From Candidatus Culexarchaeum nevadense (GTDB lineage Archaea; Thermoproteota; Methanomethylicia; Culexarchaeales; Culexarchaeaceae), in contig JANZKA010000003.1 of the NCBI GenBank assembly GCA_025060975.1, positions 1,101 through 65,100 of the forward strand: DNA of 64,000 bases, in the 5' to 3' direction. Shown here piece after piece: positions 1 to 9,368 of this stretch; positions within the stretch are counted from its first letter, which is position 1, and the number at the start of each line of letters is the position of its first letter. Below the pieces are notes generated by a model. The model saw only the letters and a program-made list of their open reading frames with translations. It was not told where the DNA came from and did not search any database. A program made the position numbers and the translations under genes.

Positions 1-167
1 AGCTTCCTAGAGTAATCGTTTGTTAAGAGCTCACTCCTAGCCTCCTCAACAACCTCACTTAAAACCTTCATTGGACAATTTGCTGGGAGTCTATTGTAAT
101 CCGCAGAGTAACATGCAAATACCCCACAATATGCACATCTAGGAAACTCCAAAACGTCCATAACCAT
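1..167 (-). CDS. partial CDS (N-terminal ~55 aa; gene runs past the window start): Cys-rich hypothetical protein MDVLEFPRCAYCGVFACYSADYNRLPANCP...
   Basis: Not in the ORF track because the window edge truncates it. Reverse-strand ATG at 159-161 (alternative 165-167) opens a stop-free frame to position 1. The CxxCG...C...C pattern suggests a metal-binding protein. It lies upstream of the radical SAM gene on the same strand. Confidence 0.3.
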   Translation of the reverse strand, partial: MVMDVLEFPRCAYCGVFACYSADYNRLPANCPMKVLSEVVEEARSELLTNDYSRK

Positions 168-197
168 CAATATACACTATTATTCTGGCCATGTGAT

Positions 198-1709
198 TTA
201 AGCCTTTTTAGATATCCATTCACTTAATGGTACCCCATACCTCTCTTCAACAATACTCCTATGAATACTATTATACGTGCAAAATGGCCTAACAGTCCCA
301 TCTGGAAGAGCATAATGTATTACACATCTATTAACCCTCTGTAAATCAAAATTCCATACATCCATGAAATGCATACATCCAATCATCACAATCTTCCTCA
401 TGAACCTTCCAAGAGCCTCATAACTACCCTCCCTCAATACTGGTATGAGTAAATCCTTAAGCAATCCAAACTTCACATACCTTAAACTTGCAATAGCCCT
501 TAAGTAGGCTTTGCTCCTACCACCCTTAGATGCATCCTCATAAACCTTATCCATGGCATTAAAGAATTTATCCACATCTGCAAGTCTCGTTATAGGCTTC
601 CAACCCTCATTTGTTTTAACCATGAATGTAGCTACACCACAAAATGGACTTGTGGTAAATTCAACATACCTCTTCCCCTTAAGTGCACCCACAGCTCTAG
701 ATATTGGAACCACACATGGAACTGGTCTGAAATCGTATACTGATATTAAACCATTAGTCTGCTTCTCCACAAGCTTCATGAAATCTGAAGTATTAATCCT
801 CATGGATTCACGTTCAAGTTTACTAGCTCTACCACTAAAAGATATTGGCTGAACATTAACACATCTAATAACATCACTATTATCCAATGCGAACCGTATT
901 ATTTCTCCAAGTTGATCATCATTAACCCCCCTAGCCAATGTAACCACCAAAACTATGCTTTCATGACCAATCTTCCTAGCATTCTCAATAACCCTAAGCT
1001 TAATATCCTTCATTGGAATCCCCCTCAACTTAACGTATAAATCATCATTTAAACCATCAAACTGCAAGTAAACTGTGCTCACACCAGCATCCAATAAACG
1101 CTTATAATAATCAATATCATTAGCCAAGACAACACCATTAGTATTAACTTCAACATGCCTAAACCCCATATCCTTAGCCATCTTAACAATCTCAAAAAGG
1201 TCATCCCTAACAGTAGGTTCACCACCACTAAGTTGAAGTGCTGGTGGTGGAACTGGACCTATAGATCTAAGAGTTTCAAGCATCCTCTTAATCTGCTCCA
1301 ATGAAGGTTCATATACAAAGCCAGCTGAAGCTGCATTGGCAAAACATATTGGGCAACGCATATTACACCTATTTGTAACATCAATTATCGCTAAAACTGT
1401 AGCTGAACTATGCTTTTCACATAAACCACAATCAAATGGGCACCCCCTAACACTATTAGTATGTGGAGTTGTAATCCCACTGGGTTCATGAGCATACCTC
1501 TCAGCCCACTCATAAAGCTTAGGATCTGAGAATGTGTAAACCTCATCAAACTCCCCATGCTCAGGGCAAACCCTCCTAATCCTAACAATATTATCATCAG
1601 CCAAATAGACTTCAGCATCCAAAACCTTCAAACACTCTGGACATAAACTCTTAGTCTCCCTCAAAACCTTCATAGCCAACACCAAACCAAAATACAATAA
1701 TAAATTCAA
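198..1709 (-). CDS. radical SAM enzyme with N-terminal Zn-ribbon/rubredoxin-like CPEC...CPEHG motif; possibly tetraether-lipid-synthase (Tes)-like
   Basis: CNMRCPICF (CxxxCxxC) radical SAM cluster motif and a GGEP SAM-binding motif in a ~490-aa archaeal protein. The true start is probably the internal Met (MKVLRETKSLCPEC...). The Tes assignment rests only on architecture and size. Confidence 0.75.
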   Translation of the reverse strand: MNLLLYFGLVLAMKVLRETKSLCPECLKVLDAEVYLADDNIVRIRRVCPEHGEFDEVYTFSDPKLYEWAERYAHEPSGITTPHTNSVRGCPFDCGLCEKHSSATVLAIIDVTNRCNMRCPICFANAASAGFVYEPSLEQIKRMLETLRSIGPVPPPALQLSGGEPTVRDDLFEIVKMAKDMGFRHVEVNTNGVVLANDIDYYKRLLDAGVSTVYLQFDGLNDDLYVKLRGIPMKDIKLRVIENARKIGHESIVLVVTLARGVNDDQLGEIIRFALDNSDVIRCVNVQPISFSGRASKLERESMRINTSDFMKLVEKQTNGLISVYDFRPVPCVVPISRAVGALKGKRYVEFTTSPFCGVATFMVKTNEGWKPITRLADVDKFFNAMDKVYEDASKGGRSKAYLRAIASLRYVKFGLLKDLLIPVLREGSYEALGRFMRKIVMIGCMHFMDVWNFDLQRVNRCVIHYALPDGTVRPFCTYNSIHRSIVEERYGVPLSEWISKKA

Positions 1710-1766
1710 ACCTCAAACAATATATTAATGTAATCCAACAATTCAAATGTTGATTGGTAGGTTAAA

Positions 1767-2513
1767 TTGGAAGATAGATTGAAACTACTTAAAAAATTTG
1801 GGTTAACAAGCTATCAAGCTAAAGCATACTTGACATTGATAATTATGGGTGAAGGAGATGCAAAAAGCATTAGCAGAACTTCAGGTATACCATACGCAAA
1901 AATCCACAGCACACTACTAAGCCTAATAAAAGATGGATGGATCATTACAGTAGAGGGGAGGCCGAGAAGGTACAAAGCTAAACCCCCAATTGAAATTGTA
2001 AATGAGAAGATTAATAGAGGAATAGAGGAAATGAAGATCCAAGGAGAGAGAATAATTAGAGAGTTGCAACCAATATATGAGAAAACTGGATTTGAAGAGA
2101 GATCCGAAGTCATGATACTTAGGGGTATAGGAATAATACTCGAGAGAACTGTGAATTCAATTAGGAAGGTAAATAAAACGTTGAGAATTGCATTAACTGG
2201 GAAGGTTTTCAAAGCCCACAAAGAACTCATAGACATACTGTTATCAAATTTGAAGAAGAAAGTTGATGTGAAAATACTATTGGATGAAGAACTTAAAGAC
2301 TACTTAGAAATTCTAAGCAAATATGGATTTAAAGGGGAGGTGGGAGGAGAGATGTTTGGAGGGGGGATAATAGTTGATGAAGATGAAGCAATAATCCTAC
2401 TTGGAGAAATACTTGGAACACCTATGGCTATATGGTCAAACAATAAAGTTCTAACAAACATAGCAAAAATATATTTTGAATACTTATGGGAAATGCGGAA
2501 ACCTAAGTCTTAG
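1767..2513 (+). CDS. TrmB-family transcriptional regulator
   Basis: N-terminal winged HTH (LTSYQAKAYLTLIIMGEGDAKSISRTSGIPYAKIHSTLLSLIKDGWI) typical of TrmB. 248 aa. Confidence 0.7.
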   Translation: MEDRLKLLKKFGLTSYQAKAYLTLIIMGEGDAKSISRTSGIPYAKIHSTLLSLIKDGWIITVEGRPRRYKAKPPIEIVNEKINRGIEEMKIQGERIIRELQPIYEKTGFEERSEVMILRGIGIILERTVNSIRKVNKTLRIALTGKVFKAHKELIDILLSNLKKKVDVKILLDEELKDYLEILSKYGFKGEVGGEMFGGGIIVDEDEAIILLGEILGTPMAIWSNNKVLTNIAKIYFEYLWEMRKPKS

Positions 2514-3261
2514 GTGAAACCTTAAATATTCCAGTGGAATCCACATTGAAGCTAACCCAACCAGTATGATGGGGAGCCCCCTTCATCTTTCTAACCCTAA
2601 ACTGTTTAACTAGGAAGCCTTGCTGCATGTACTGTGGATCATACCTTAAATCTATAATTCCATCAACCACATATTCAAGTATCTGCTCCAGATCATCATA
2701 AGGTTTAACTCCAAAATGAAATGTTCCGAAAACTGTTACCCCTCTCTCCTTAGCACACTCAGCCCTAATAATCTTAACAACTTCAAGAGCCACAGCAGAC
2801 TCACTTAAACTCATAAGTTCAGTTAGAGAATCTATGAACACAGCCCCCCTCCCCCTCATCCCAAGTCTATCCATCAAACCATTTAAAATATCAACCAACA
2901 AATAAAGCTCCCTAGGATTCTCCACATAAATCGTGTATTCAGGTATTGAAGCCTTATCTGGACTCATTCTAAATGAGTAGCAATCTATGAATCTCAAAAG
3001 ACCTTTACTAGTATAATCCAATAGATTCCAGTTAAATCCCTCAGCAGATTGCAGTATACTTAATGGAGTATCATCAAGACACATGAATATACATGGCTCA
3101 CCAGCTAAAAGCCTATAGTACATCAATTGAAGCATGAAAACGGATTTACCAGTTCCACCTTCACCCAAAATCATAATCATATTATTCCTAGGTATACCAT
3201 TCGGCAGAACTTCATCTAAAATAGCCAACCCAGTTTTAAACCTCTCAAACTTAATAGACAA
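2503..3261 (-). CDS. KaiC-like / RecA-superfamily ATPase (single KaiC domain)
   Basis: Walker A ILGEGGTGKS and a Walker B-like FIDSLTEL. About 250 aa, a typical archaeal KaiC/RadA-like paralogue. Its 3' end overlaps the convergent trmB-family gene by 11 nt. Confidence 0.7.
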   Translation of the reverse strand: MSIKFERFKTGLAILDEVLPNGIPRNNMIMILGEGGTGKSVFMLQLMYYRLLAGEPCIFMCLDDTPLSILQSAEGFNWNLLDYTSKGLLRFIDCYSFRMSPDKASIPEYTIYVENPRELYLLVDILNGLMDRLGMRGRGAVFIDSLTELMSLSESAVALEVVKIIRAECAKERGVTVFGTFHFGVKPYDDLEQILEYVVDGIIDLRYDPQYMQQGFLVKQFRVRKMKGAPHHTGWVSFNVDSTGIFKVSPKT

Positions 3262-3320
3262 AGGAAATCACCATAAAGACTATGATTTAAATCCTTTAAT
3301 ATAGCTTTTGCGAGAAGAAT

Positions 3321-3334
3321 CTATATTTAAATGG
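3321..3334 (+). promoter_or_regulatory. putative TATA box (ctatatttaaatgg) about 20-30 nt upstream of the RHH-lhr operon start
   Basis: TTTAAA-type archaeal TATA element. The spacing fits a leaderless transcript starting near the ATG at 3351. Confidence 0.3.
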
Positions 3335-3350
3335 ATTCAACATAAGTATT

Positions 3351-3533
3351 GTGATTGAAATGAAGGTTATAAGCATAAGACTCCCAGAAGAATACGTTAG
3401 AATTATGGATGAAATAATAAGGTTGGGAATATATCCAAGTAGAAGTGAATTCGTTAGAGCAGCAATAAGAGAACATTTAAAAAGAGAAATAGATTCAAGT
3501 ATAAAGGTGAGGGGAATAGTGAAGGAGATTTAG
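3351..3533 (+). CDS. ribbon-helix-helix (CopG/RHH) DNA-binding protein
   Basis: KVISIRLPEEYVRIMDEII...SRSEFVRAAIREHL matches the RHH_1 pattern. 60 aa. Ends 7 nt before the helicase gene. Confidence 0.6.
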   Translation: MIEMKVISIRLPEEYVRIMDEIIRLGIYPSRSEFVRAAIREHLKREIDSSIKVRGIVKEI

Positions 3534-3539
3534 AAGCCC

Positions 3540-6338
3540 ATGAAATCCTTCCAAAAACTAAATGAAAAACTAAGGAAAGTGATAAGGGAGTATGGATACA
3601 TAGAACCCACAGAACCCCAAGAAGAAGCAATACCAAAAATACTGGATGGAAAAAATGTACTGATAATAGCACCCACAGGTTCAGGTAAAACTGAAGCAGC
3701 ACTATTCCCAGTAATGAGCAAAATACTAGATGAAGAAGCTAAAGGGATTAGAGCAATATACATAACGCCCCTCAGAGCACTGAATAGAGACATATTGAGG
3801 AGAATGCAAGAAATAGCATTAAAAGCAGGGTTAACCATTGAAGTTAGACATGGAGATACACCTGAAGCTACTAGGAGAAGGCAATCCATAAAACCACCAC
3901 AAATACTAATAACAACACCAGAAACACTACAAGCAATACTGCCGGGGAAAAGAATGCGTAGACATTTATCAAAAGTTAAACATGTAATAATAGATGAAAT
4001 ACATGAATTCCTATCAGACAAAAGAGGAGTTCAACTCGCTCTAGCACTAGAAAGACTTAGGGAGATATGTGGAAACGAATTCCAAAGAATAGGGTTATCG
4101 GCAACTATTGGAAACCCATTGGAGGCAGTAAAATTCCTATCAGGTGAAGGGAGAAATGCGGAAATAGTAGACTCAACTATTGGTAAGAAGATTGAAGTCA
4201 AAGTTGAAGCTGTAATTGAAAATGGAGAAATTGAAAGCAAAATAGATGTAGATATACCGGAGACAATAATATCCAGAATTAAGAGGATAATGGAATTAAC
4301 ATTAGAAAATGGATTTACACTACTCTTCACGAACACTAGGGAAACAGCTGAATTCCTTGCAACAATGATTAAAAGGATGAATCCACCATTCAATATAGGG
4401 GTACATCACGGTTCACTATCCAGAGAAGAGAGGATAAGAGTTGAAGAAGAATTCAAGAATGGAATAATAAAACTCTTGATATGCACATCATCCCTAGAAC
4501 TTGGATTAGACATTGGACTCGTAAACTACGTAATACAATACACATCACCAAGACAGACAGTAAACTTGATACAGAGAATTGGGAGAGCCAAACACAAAAT
4601 AACAGAAACATCCCGGGGAGTTGTAATAACATCAACCCTAGACGACACACTGGAATCAGCAGTTCTAGCTAGGAGAGGGGTTAATGGAATCCTAGAACCA
4701 ATAAAGATTCATGAGAAAGCTTTGGATGTACTAGCTCACCAAATGGTTGGATTGATAATGGATAATGGATCTATAAGTATAAGCGATATTAAAAGGATTT
4801 TCAGTAGAGCATACCCATATAGGAATATAAGTGAAAACGAAATCTCTGAAGTTGCATCATTCCTATCAAGTATAGGAGTTGTGAAATACTTCAAAGAAGA
4901 TGGAATAATAAAAGCTAGAGGGAGGAGGACATGGAAATACTACTATGAAAACCTATCAGTAATACCCGATATAAGGAGATTTAAAGTTATATCCACAGAG
5001 AACAGGAGAGCCATAGGAGAACTCGATGAAGAATTTGTTGCAATACATGTAGAGGACCCATTCATACTTGCAGGGAGAGCTTGGAAAATTGTAAATGTAG
5101 ATGAAGATGAAATGAAAGTTTACGTGGAATATATGGGTGATGAACTTGCAGCAATACCAGCATGGATAGGAGAACTAATACCAGTATCCATGGAAACAGC
5201 TATGGAAACAGCTGATTTAAGAGAGAAGATAATTAAAGGTGAAGGTATAAGTGAATATCCATTAACAAAGGAATCAATAGAGTATGCTAAGAAAGTATTA
5301 GAAGAACACTTGAAATGTGGAATACCAATACCAACATCAAATAGGATTATAGTAGAAGGGTTAGGTAGGATAATCATAATACATGTACCACTTGGAACTA
5401 ATGGTAATAGAGCTCTAGCAACAATACTCTCATCTAAGATAACTGAAAAGATGAGGATGAATGTTAGGAGAGTTACAGACCCATATAGGGTGGCATTGAT
5501 AACACCAAACCCATTAAACCCAGAATCAATAATTGAATTAATTAGAAGTCTAGATCTGGAGGAGGAAGATATCGTTAATGCATTGAAAAATACACATGAA
5601 TACCAATGGAAACTACTCCACGTAGCTAGGAGAATGGGGGTTGTGGAGAAAGATGCGAAGATAAGCAAGATAAGAGGTTTAGCAGCATACTTAGAAGATA
5701 CCGTTGCAGAGAAGGAAGCAATTAGAGAAGCAATACAAGACTACTTCGACATAAAAGCAGTTAAAAGATTTATAGAAGAAATTAGGGCTGGTAGAGTTAA
5801 AGTGGAAGCGTATAAGAGTAGAATTGATGCTGAAATATCACCATTAACAAGACAAATACTCGTCCAAGCACTACCACATGGCTTAATACCGAAAGGTGAA
5901 GCTCCATTAAACATAGTGGATATCGTTAAAGAGAGATTACAAAATAGGGAGATTATACTTGCATGTATACATTGTAGGAAGTGGATGGGTAGATATAAAG
6001 TGAAATACCTACCAGAAGAAATAGTTTGCCCAAAATGTGGTGCAAAAGCTGTGGGAGCAACGCATAGGGAAGATATATTGAAAATATTGGGGAAGTGGCA
6101 TAGGGGTATAAAGATGAGTGACGATGAAAAGAAGAGTTTTGAAGAATTCCAGAGAAGCATAAGCTTAATAATGAGTTATGGTAAAAGGGCTTTAATAGCC
6201 TTAGCAGCTAGAGGGGTTGGGCCGACAACAGCAGCGAGAATACTTAAAGGATATATGAAGACTGAAGAGGAATTCTACCTAGAAATATTGGAAGCTGAGA
6301 AAGAATATCTTAGAACTAGAATGTTCTGGGAGGGGTAA
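3540..6338 (+). CDS. lhr: Lhr-like large ATP-dependent DEXH helicase
   Basis: Walker A APTGSGKTEA, DEIHEF (DEXH), helicase C motifs (QRIGRAKH) and a C-terminal Zn-finger CIHC...CPKCG. 932 aa, the typical Lhr size. Confidence 0.85.
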   Translation: MKSFQKLNEKLRKVIREYGYIEPTEPQEEAIPKILDGKNVLIIAPTGSGKTEAALFPVMSKILDEEAKGIRAIYITPLRALNRDILRRMQEIALKAGLTIEVRHGDTPEATRRRQSIKPPQILITTPETLQAILPGKRMRRHLSKVKHVIIDEIHEFLSDKRGVQLALALERLREICGNEFQRIGLSATIGNPLEAVKFLSGEGRNAEIVDSTIGKKIEVKVEAVIENGEIESKIDVDIPETIISRIKRIMELTLENGFTLLFTNTRETAEFLATMIKRMNPPFNIGVHHGSLSREERIRVEEEFKNGIIKLLICTSSLELGLDIGLVNYVIQYTSPRQTVNLIQRIGRAKHKITETSRGVVITSTLDDTLESAVLARRGVNGILEPIKIHEKALDVLAHQMVGLIMDNGSISISDIKRIFSRAYPYRNISENEISEVASFLSSIGVVKYFKEDGIIKARGRRTWKYYYENLSVIPDIRRFKVISTENRRAIGELDEEFVAIHVEDPFILAGRAWKIVNVDEDEMKVYVEYMGDELAAIPAWIGELIPVSMETAMETADLREKIIKGEGISEYPLTKESIEYAKKVLEEHLKCGIPIPTSNRIIVEGLGRIIIIHVPLGTNGNRALATILSSKITEKMRMNVRRVTDPYRVALITPNPLNPESIIELIRSLDLEEEDIVNALKNTHEYQWKLLHVARRMGVVEKDAKISKIRGLAAYLEDTVAEKEAIREAIQDYFDIKAVKRFIEEIRAGRVKVEAYKSRIDAEISPLTRQILVQALPHGLIPKGEAPLNIVDIVKERLQNREIILACIHCRKWMGRYKVKYLPEEIVCPKCGAKAVGATHREDILKILGKWHRGIKMSDDEKKSFEEFQRSISLIMSYGKRALIALAARGVGPTTAARILKGYMKTEEEFYLEILEAEKEYLRTRMFWEG

Positions 6339-6340
6339 TC

Positions 6341-6844
6341 ATGATAATAACTGGAATGAAAGCATATAAGATGGGGATTGTGGAAAATCTCATATCACCT
6401 GAAATGCAAATTCAACCAGCAGGAATAGAATTAACTTTGAATAGCGTTTGGAAGTTTATAGATTCAGGAACCATAGACTTGACGAACAAGTATAGGAGGA
6501 TCCCAGAAGTAGAGCAAATACCATTCGATAATGAGGGTAAAGTACATTTAAAGATGGGAGCATACAAGATAATATACAATGAAATTATAAAGATACCTAG
6601 AAACATGATTGCAATAGGATTACCAAGATCATCACTATTAAGATGTGGAGCTACAATAAACACAGCACTTTGGGATCCAGGGTATATTGGTAGAAGTGAA
6701 AGTCTATTACACGTATACAATGAGCATGGAATAACACTATACAAGAATGCAAGGATAATTCAATTGATATTCATAGAATTGGAAGAAGAACCACATAAGA
6801 CATATGAGGGGAAGTATCAAAAAGAAAATATCAATTTAAACTAA
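6341..6844 (+). CDS. dCTP deaminase / dUTPase family protein
   Basis: Beta-clip dUTPase-like sequence (PAGIELTLNSVW...GLPRSSLLRCGATINTALWDPGY..G). 167 aa. Starts 3 nt after lhr. Confidence 0.7.
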   Translation: MIITGMKAYKMGIVENLISPEMQIQPAGIELTLNSVWKFIDSGTIDLTNKYRRIPEVEQIPFDNEGKVHLKMGAYKIIYNEIIKIPRNMIAIGLPRSSLLRCGATINTALWDPGYIGRSESLLHVYNEHGITLYKNARIIQLIFIELEEEPHKTYEGKYQKENINLN

Positions 6845-6846
6845 AG

Positions 6847-7458
6847 TTAACCTTGAACTCCAATCTTTGGATATATCTCTTCTCTAAGCCTCCTATAAAC
6901 CTCCCTACTTATTGAATCGTAGAAGTTGTTTCCATGTGAATCTATGGTAACCATTAATGGACCGAAATTCTCAACTTCAATAACCCACAAAGCTTCAGGG
7001 ATACCTAAATCTAGCCAGTGAACATCTAAAACCCTCTTCATACCCTTAGCAGCCAATACCGCTGCTCCACCAGTAAATATCGTGTAAACTGCTCCGAAAT
7101 TCTTACAAGCCTCAACAGTCCTACTTCCCATACCACCCTTACCAATAATCATCCTAGCACCAGTCTTCTCAATAAACTCATACTCCAATAGATCCATCCT
7201 AGTACTCGTCGTGGGACCAGCAGCTACAATAACCCACTTATCATCCTTCTTATCAACAACTGGACCACAATGGTATATTGCAAGCCCCTTCAAATCTATT
7301 GGTAAAGATCCACCAGACTTCAAGATAGATAAAGCTCTACTATGAGCTGCATCCCTAGCGGTAACAACAATCCCACTAAGGTAAACCACATCTCCAACAT
7401 TAAGCTTCCTAACATCCCCCTCACTTAACGGAGTTTTCAAATAATACTCCAAAAACAT
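6847..7458 (-). CDS. class I fumarate hydratase (or tartrate dehydratase) beta subunit, C-terminal catalytic domain
   Basis: Fe-S hydro-lyase beta type (TARDAAH, GPTTSTRMD, GKGGMG motifs). Adjacent to the alpha subunit gene. Confidence 0.8.
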   Translation of the reverse strand: MFLEYYLKTPLSEGDVRKLNVGDVVYLSGIVVTARDAAHSRALSILKSGGSLPIDLKGLAIYHCGPVVDKKDDKWVIVAAGPTTSTRMDLLEYEFIEKTGARMIIGKGGMGSRTVEACKNFGAVYTIFTGGAAVLAAKGMKRVLDVHWLDLGIPEALWVIEVENFGPLMVTIDSHGNNFYDSISREVYRRLREEIYPKIGVQG

Positions 7459-8370
7459 TCACCTCCACAATTCATTCATGAACTTATGGGTTATGAAATC
7501 TACGTTCCCCTTGGAATCCATGATCATAGTAGACCTTCTAACAGCCCAGCAATTGAAAACCACAGCCACAGCGTATGATGCTGGATGTCTATGAGCACAA
7601 TCTACATGAACATCTAGAGCAGTAGTTCTACCGCCAACCCCATGTGGACCTATACCCAAACTATTCACAAGCTCAAGCAATTCAACTTCAAGTTTAGCTA
7701 TATCTTCAACATCACTCCTAACACCAATAGGTCTAAGCAAAGCCTTCTTAGCAAGTTTAACTGCGAAATCCATGGTTCCACCTAAACCAACCCCTATAAC
7801 TGTGGGTGGGCATGGTTTAGGTCCAGCTTCCACAACAGCATCTAAAACCATCTTCTTAGCATACTTTAACCCCTCAGTGGGGAGGATGACCTTCGCTAAA
7901 CACGGCCCCTCACTACCACCACCTTTTGGAAATGCCGTTACCTTAAGTTCACTATTATTTGGTATAAGCTCCCAATCTATATGTGGCACATATCTACCAG
8001 TATTATCGCCAGGATTCTTCCCACTTAAAACATCCACTGAATTTGGTCTAAGAGGTATTTCCCTAGTGGCTCTAATGGTAGCTCTCCTAAGTATATCAGC
8101 CAATGCACCTTTAACTGGAAATTCGTCTCCCACGGAAACGTAGAATGATATGAGCCCAGTATCTTGACATATAGGTTTCCCCTCAGCTTCAGCAAGCTCA
8201 CAATTCTTAATGATCGCATCAAGCTGAGCCTTTGCAAGTGGATTATCTTCCAAATCCCTAGCTTTAATCAATGCATTCTTAACATCTTGTGGTAGATATA
8301 TTGATGCAGCTTTAAGAAGCATTACAATGGCATCTTCAATCCTCTTATCAAGAGACACATCCAACACCAA
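7459..8370 (-). CDS. class I fumarate hydratase alpha subunit, N-terminal domain
   Basis: CQDTG...C Fe-S hydro-lyase alpha motif. Contiguous with the beta subunit (stop and start abut). Confidence 0.8.
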   Translation of the reverse strand: MVLDVSLDKRIEDAIVMLLKAASIYLPQDVKNALIKARDLEDNPLAKAQLDAIIKNCELAEAEGKPICQDTGLISFYVSVGDEFPVKGALADILRRATIRATREIPLRPNSVDVLSGKNPGDNTGRYVPHIDWELIPNNSELKVTAFPKGGGSEGPCLAKVILPTEGLKYAKKMVLDAVVEAGPKPCPPTVIGVGLGGTMDFAVKLAKKALLRPIGVRSDVEDIAKLEVELLELVNSLGIGPHGVGGRTTALDVHVDCAHRHPASYAVAVVFNCWAVRRSTMIMDSKGNVDFITHKFMNELWR

Positions 8371-8400
8371 GTAATAGGATAGGCTATCAATTTAAAAATG

Positions 8401-8811
8401 TTAAGCATACGATTTATGGGAGATCCATACTTCACCTTTATCAGTAACCTCCTTCTTCCATATATGAACTTCACTCTTAACCCTCTCAACAATCTCCCTT
8501 AAAACCTTAAACCCTTCACTCCTATGCTTAGATGCAACTCCAACTATAAATGTATGTTCACCTGGTACTGCTCGCCCAACTTTATGCATAACAGCCACAG
8601 AGTAAACACCATCACACTTCATAGCATCCCCAACTATACTTTCCAATTCAGATTTAGCTAGATCACCATAAGCTTCATAATTAAGCTCCTTCACAGCCCC
8701 TCCATCAGCACCCTCAGCCCTAACGAACCCTATGAATAATAGTACGCAACCAACATTAGGCGATGAAGATTTCAAACGATCAATTATGCTATTAAAATCA
8801 ACACTCTTCAA
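8401..8811 (-). CDS. moaE: molybdopterin synthase catalytic subunit MoaE
   Basis: MoaE-like core (GCVLLFIGFVR...ELNYEAYGDLAKSEL...HKVGRAVPGE...VASKHR). The ORF-track N-terminus (to 8895) looks non-coding. The likely true start is a TTG at 8811 (or 8820), giving MKSVDFNSIIDRL. Confidence 0.6.
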   Translation of the reverse strand: MKSVDFNSIIDRLKSSSPNVGCVLLFIGFVRAEGADGGAVKELNYEAYGDLAKSELESIVGDAMKCDGVYSVAVMHKVGRAVPGEHTFIVGVASKHRSEGFKVLREIVERVKSEVHIWKKEVTDKGEVWISHKSYA

Positions 8812-8912
8812 ATCCCCCAAGAATATTAGACTCAAACAATACACCAAATTAAAATTTGAGAATTGAAAATTTATAAAAATAGCTAAACATTCCATAAACT
8901 GTGTGAACGACC

Positions 8913-9368
8913 ATGGAGAGAGGGGAGAGATATATACCTTGGAGGGAAGCTGTACTCTGGAGATGTATTAGATGTGGTGAATGTTGCAGAGCATACATAG
9001 TACCATTAAAAATGAATGAAGCAGCATCATTTACAAGGAAGTATGGACCCATAGTAGTATACTACAATGGCAAATACTACTTATCCAAAAAGAATGATAG
9101 TTCATGCATATTCCTAACAAAAGTTAATGGAATAGCATACTGCATGAACTATCTTGAAAGACCATTATGCTGTAAACTATACCCATTCCATGTATCAGTA
9201 AAACCAATAGAGAATGTTAACGAAATAAATGCGAGAATTAAAATTGATAATATGGAATTATACCTATACCTCGATGCACTATGCCCTGGAATAGGCCAAG
9301 GATATAGGATAGAAGACTTCATACCAAAAATAATTGAGCTTTGGAGGATATATTCATCAACACGTTAA
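8913..9368 (+). CDS. YkgJ-family CxxCxxCC putative Zn/Fe-chelating protein
   Basis: CIRCGECC at the N-terminus plus additional Cys (CMNY...CCKLYPF), the PF03692-like pattern. 151 aa. Confidence 0.5.
   Translation: MERGERYIPWREAVLWRCIRCGECCRAYIVPLKMNEAASFTRKYGPIVVYYNGKYYLSKKNDSSCIFLTKVNGIAYCMNYLERPLCCKLYPFHVSVKPIENVNEINARIKIDNMELYLYLDALCPGIGQGYRIEDFIPKIIELWRIYSSTR

Noticed and set aside
553-6160. Numerous 60-180-aa ORFs antisense or out of frame inside large genes (for example 553..852, 1391..1618, 1814..2236, 3454..4021, 4031..4393, 5120..5668, 5741..6160).
   Set aside because: They lie wholly within well-supported longer CDSs on the other strand or frame. The same applies to similar embedded ORFs throughout the window, such as 17038..17850, 20220..20423, 24625..25038, 31155..31856, 50018..50323 and 53873..54211.
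8812-8895. N-terminal 28 codons of the ORF-track MoaE ORF (MECLAIFINFQFSNFNLVYC...).
   Set aside because: The sequence is low-complexity and hydrophobic, unlike MoaE, and extends to the 8895 start beside the divergent ykgJ-like gene's start (8913), so it would occupy the 17-bp divergent promoter space. An internal TTG start gives a canonical MoaE N-terminus.
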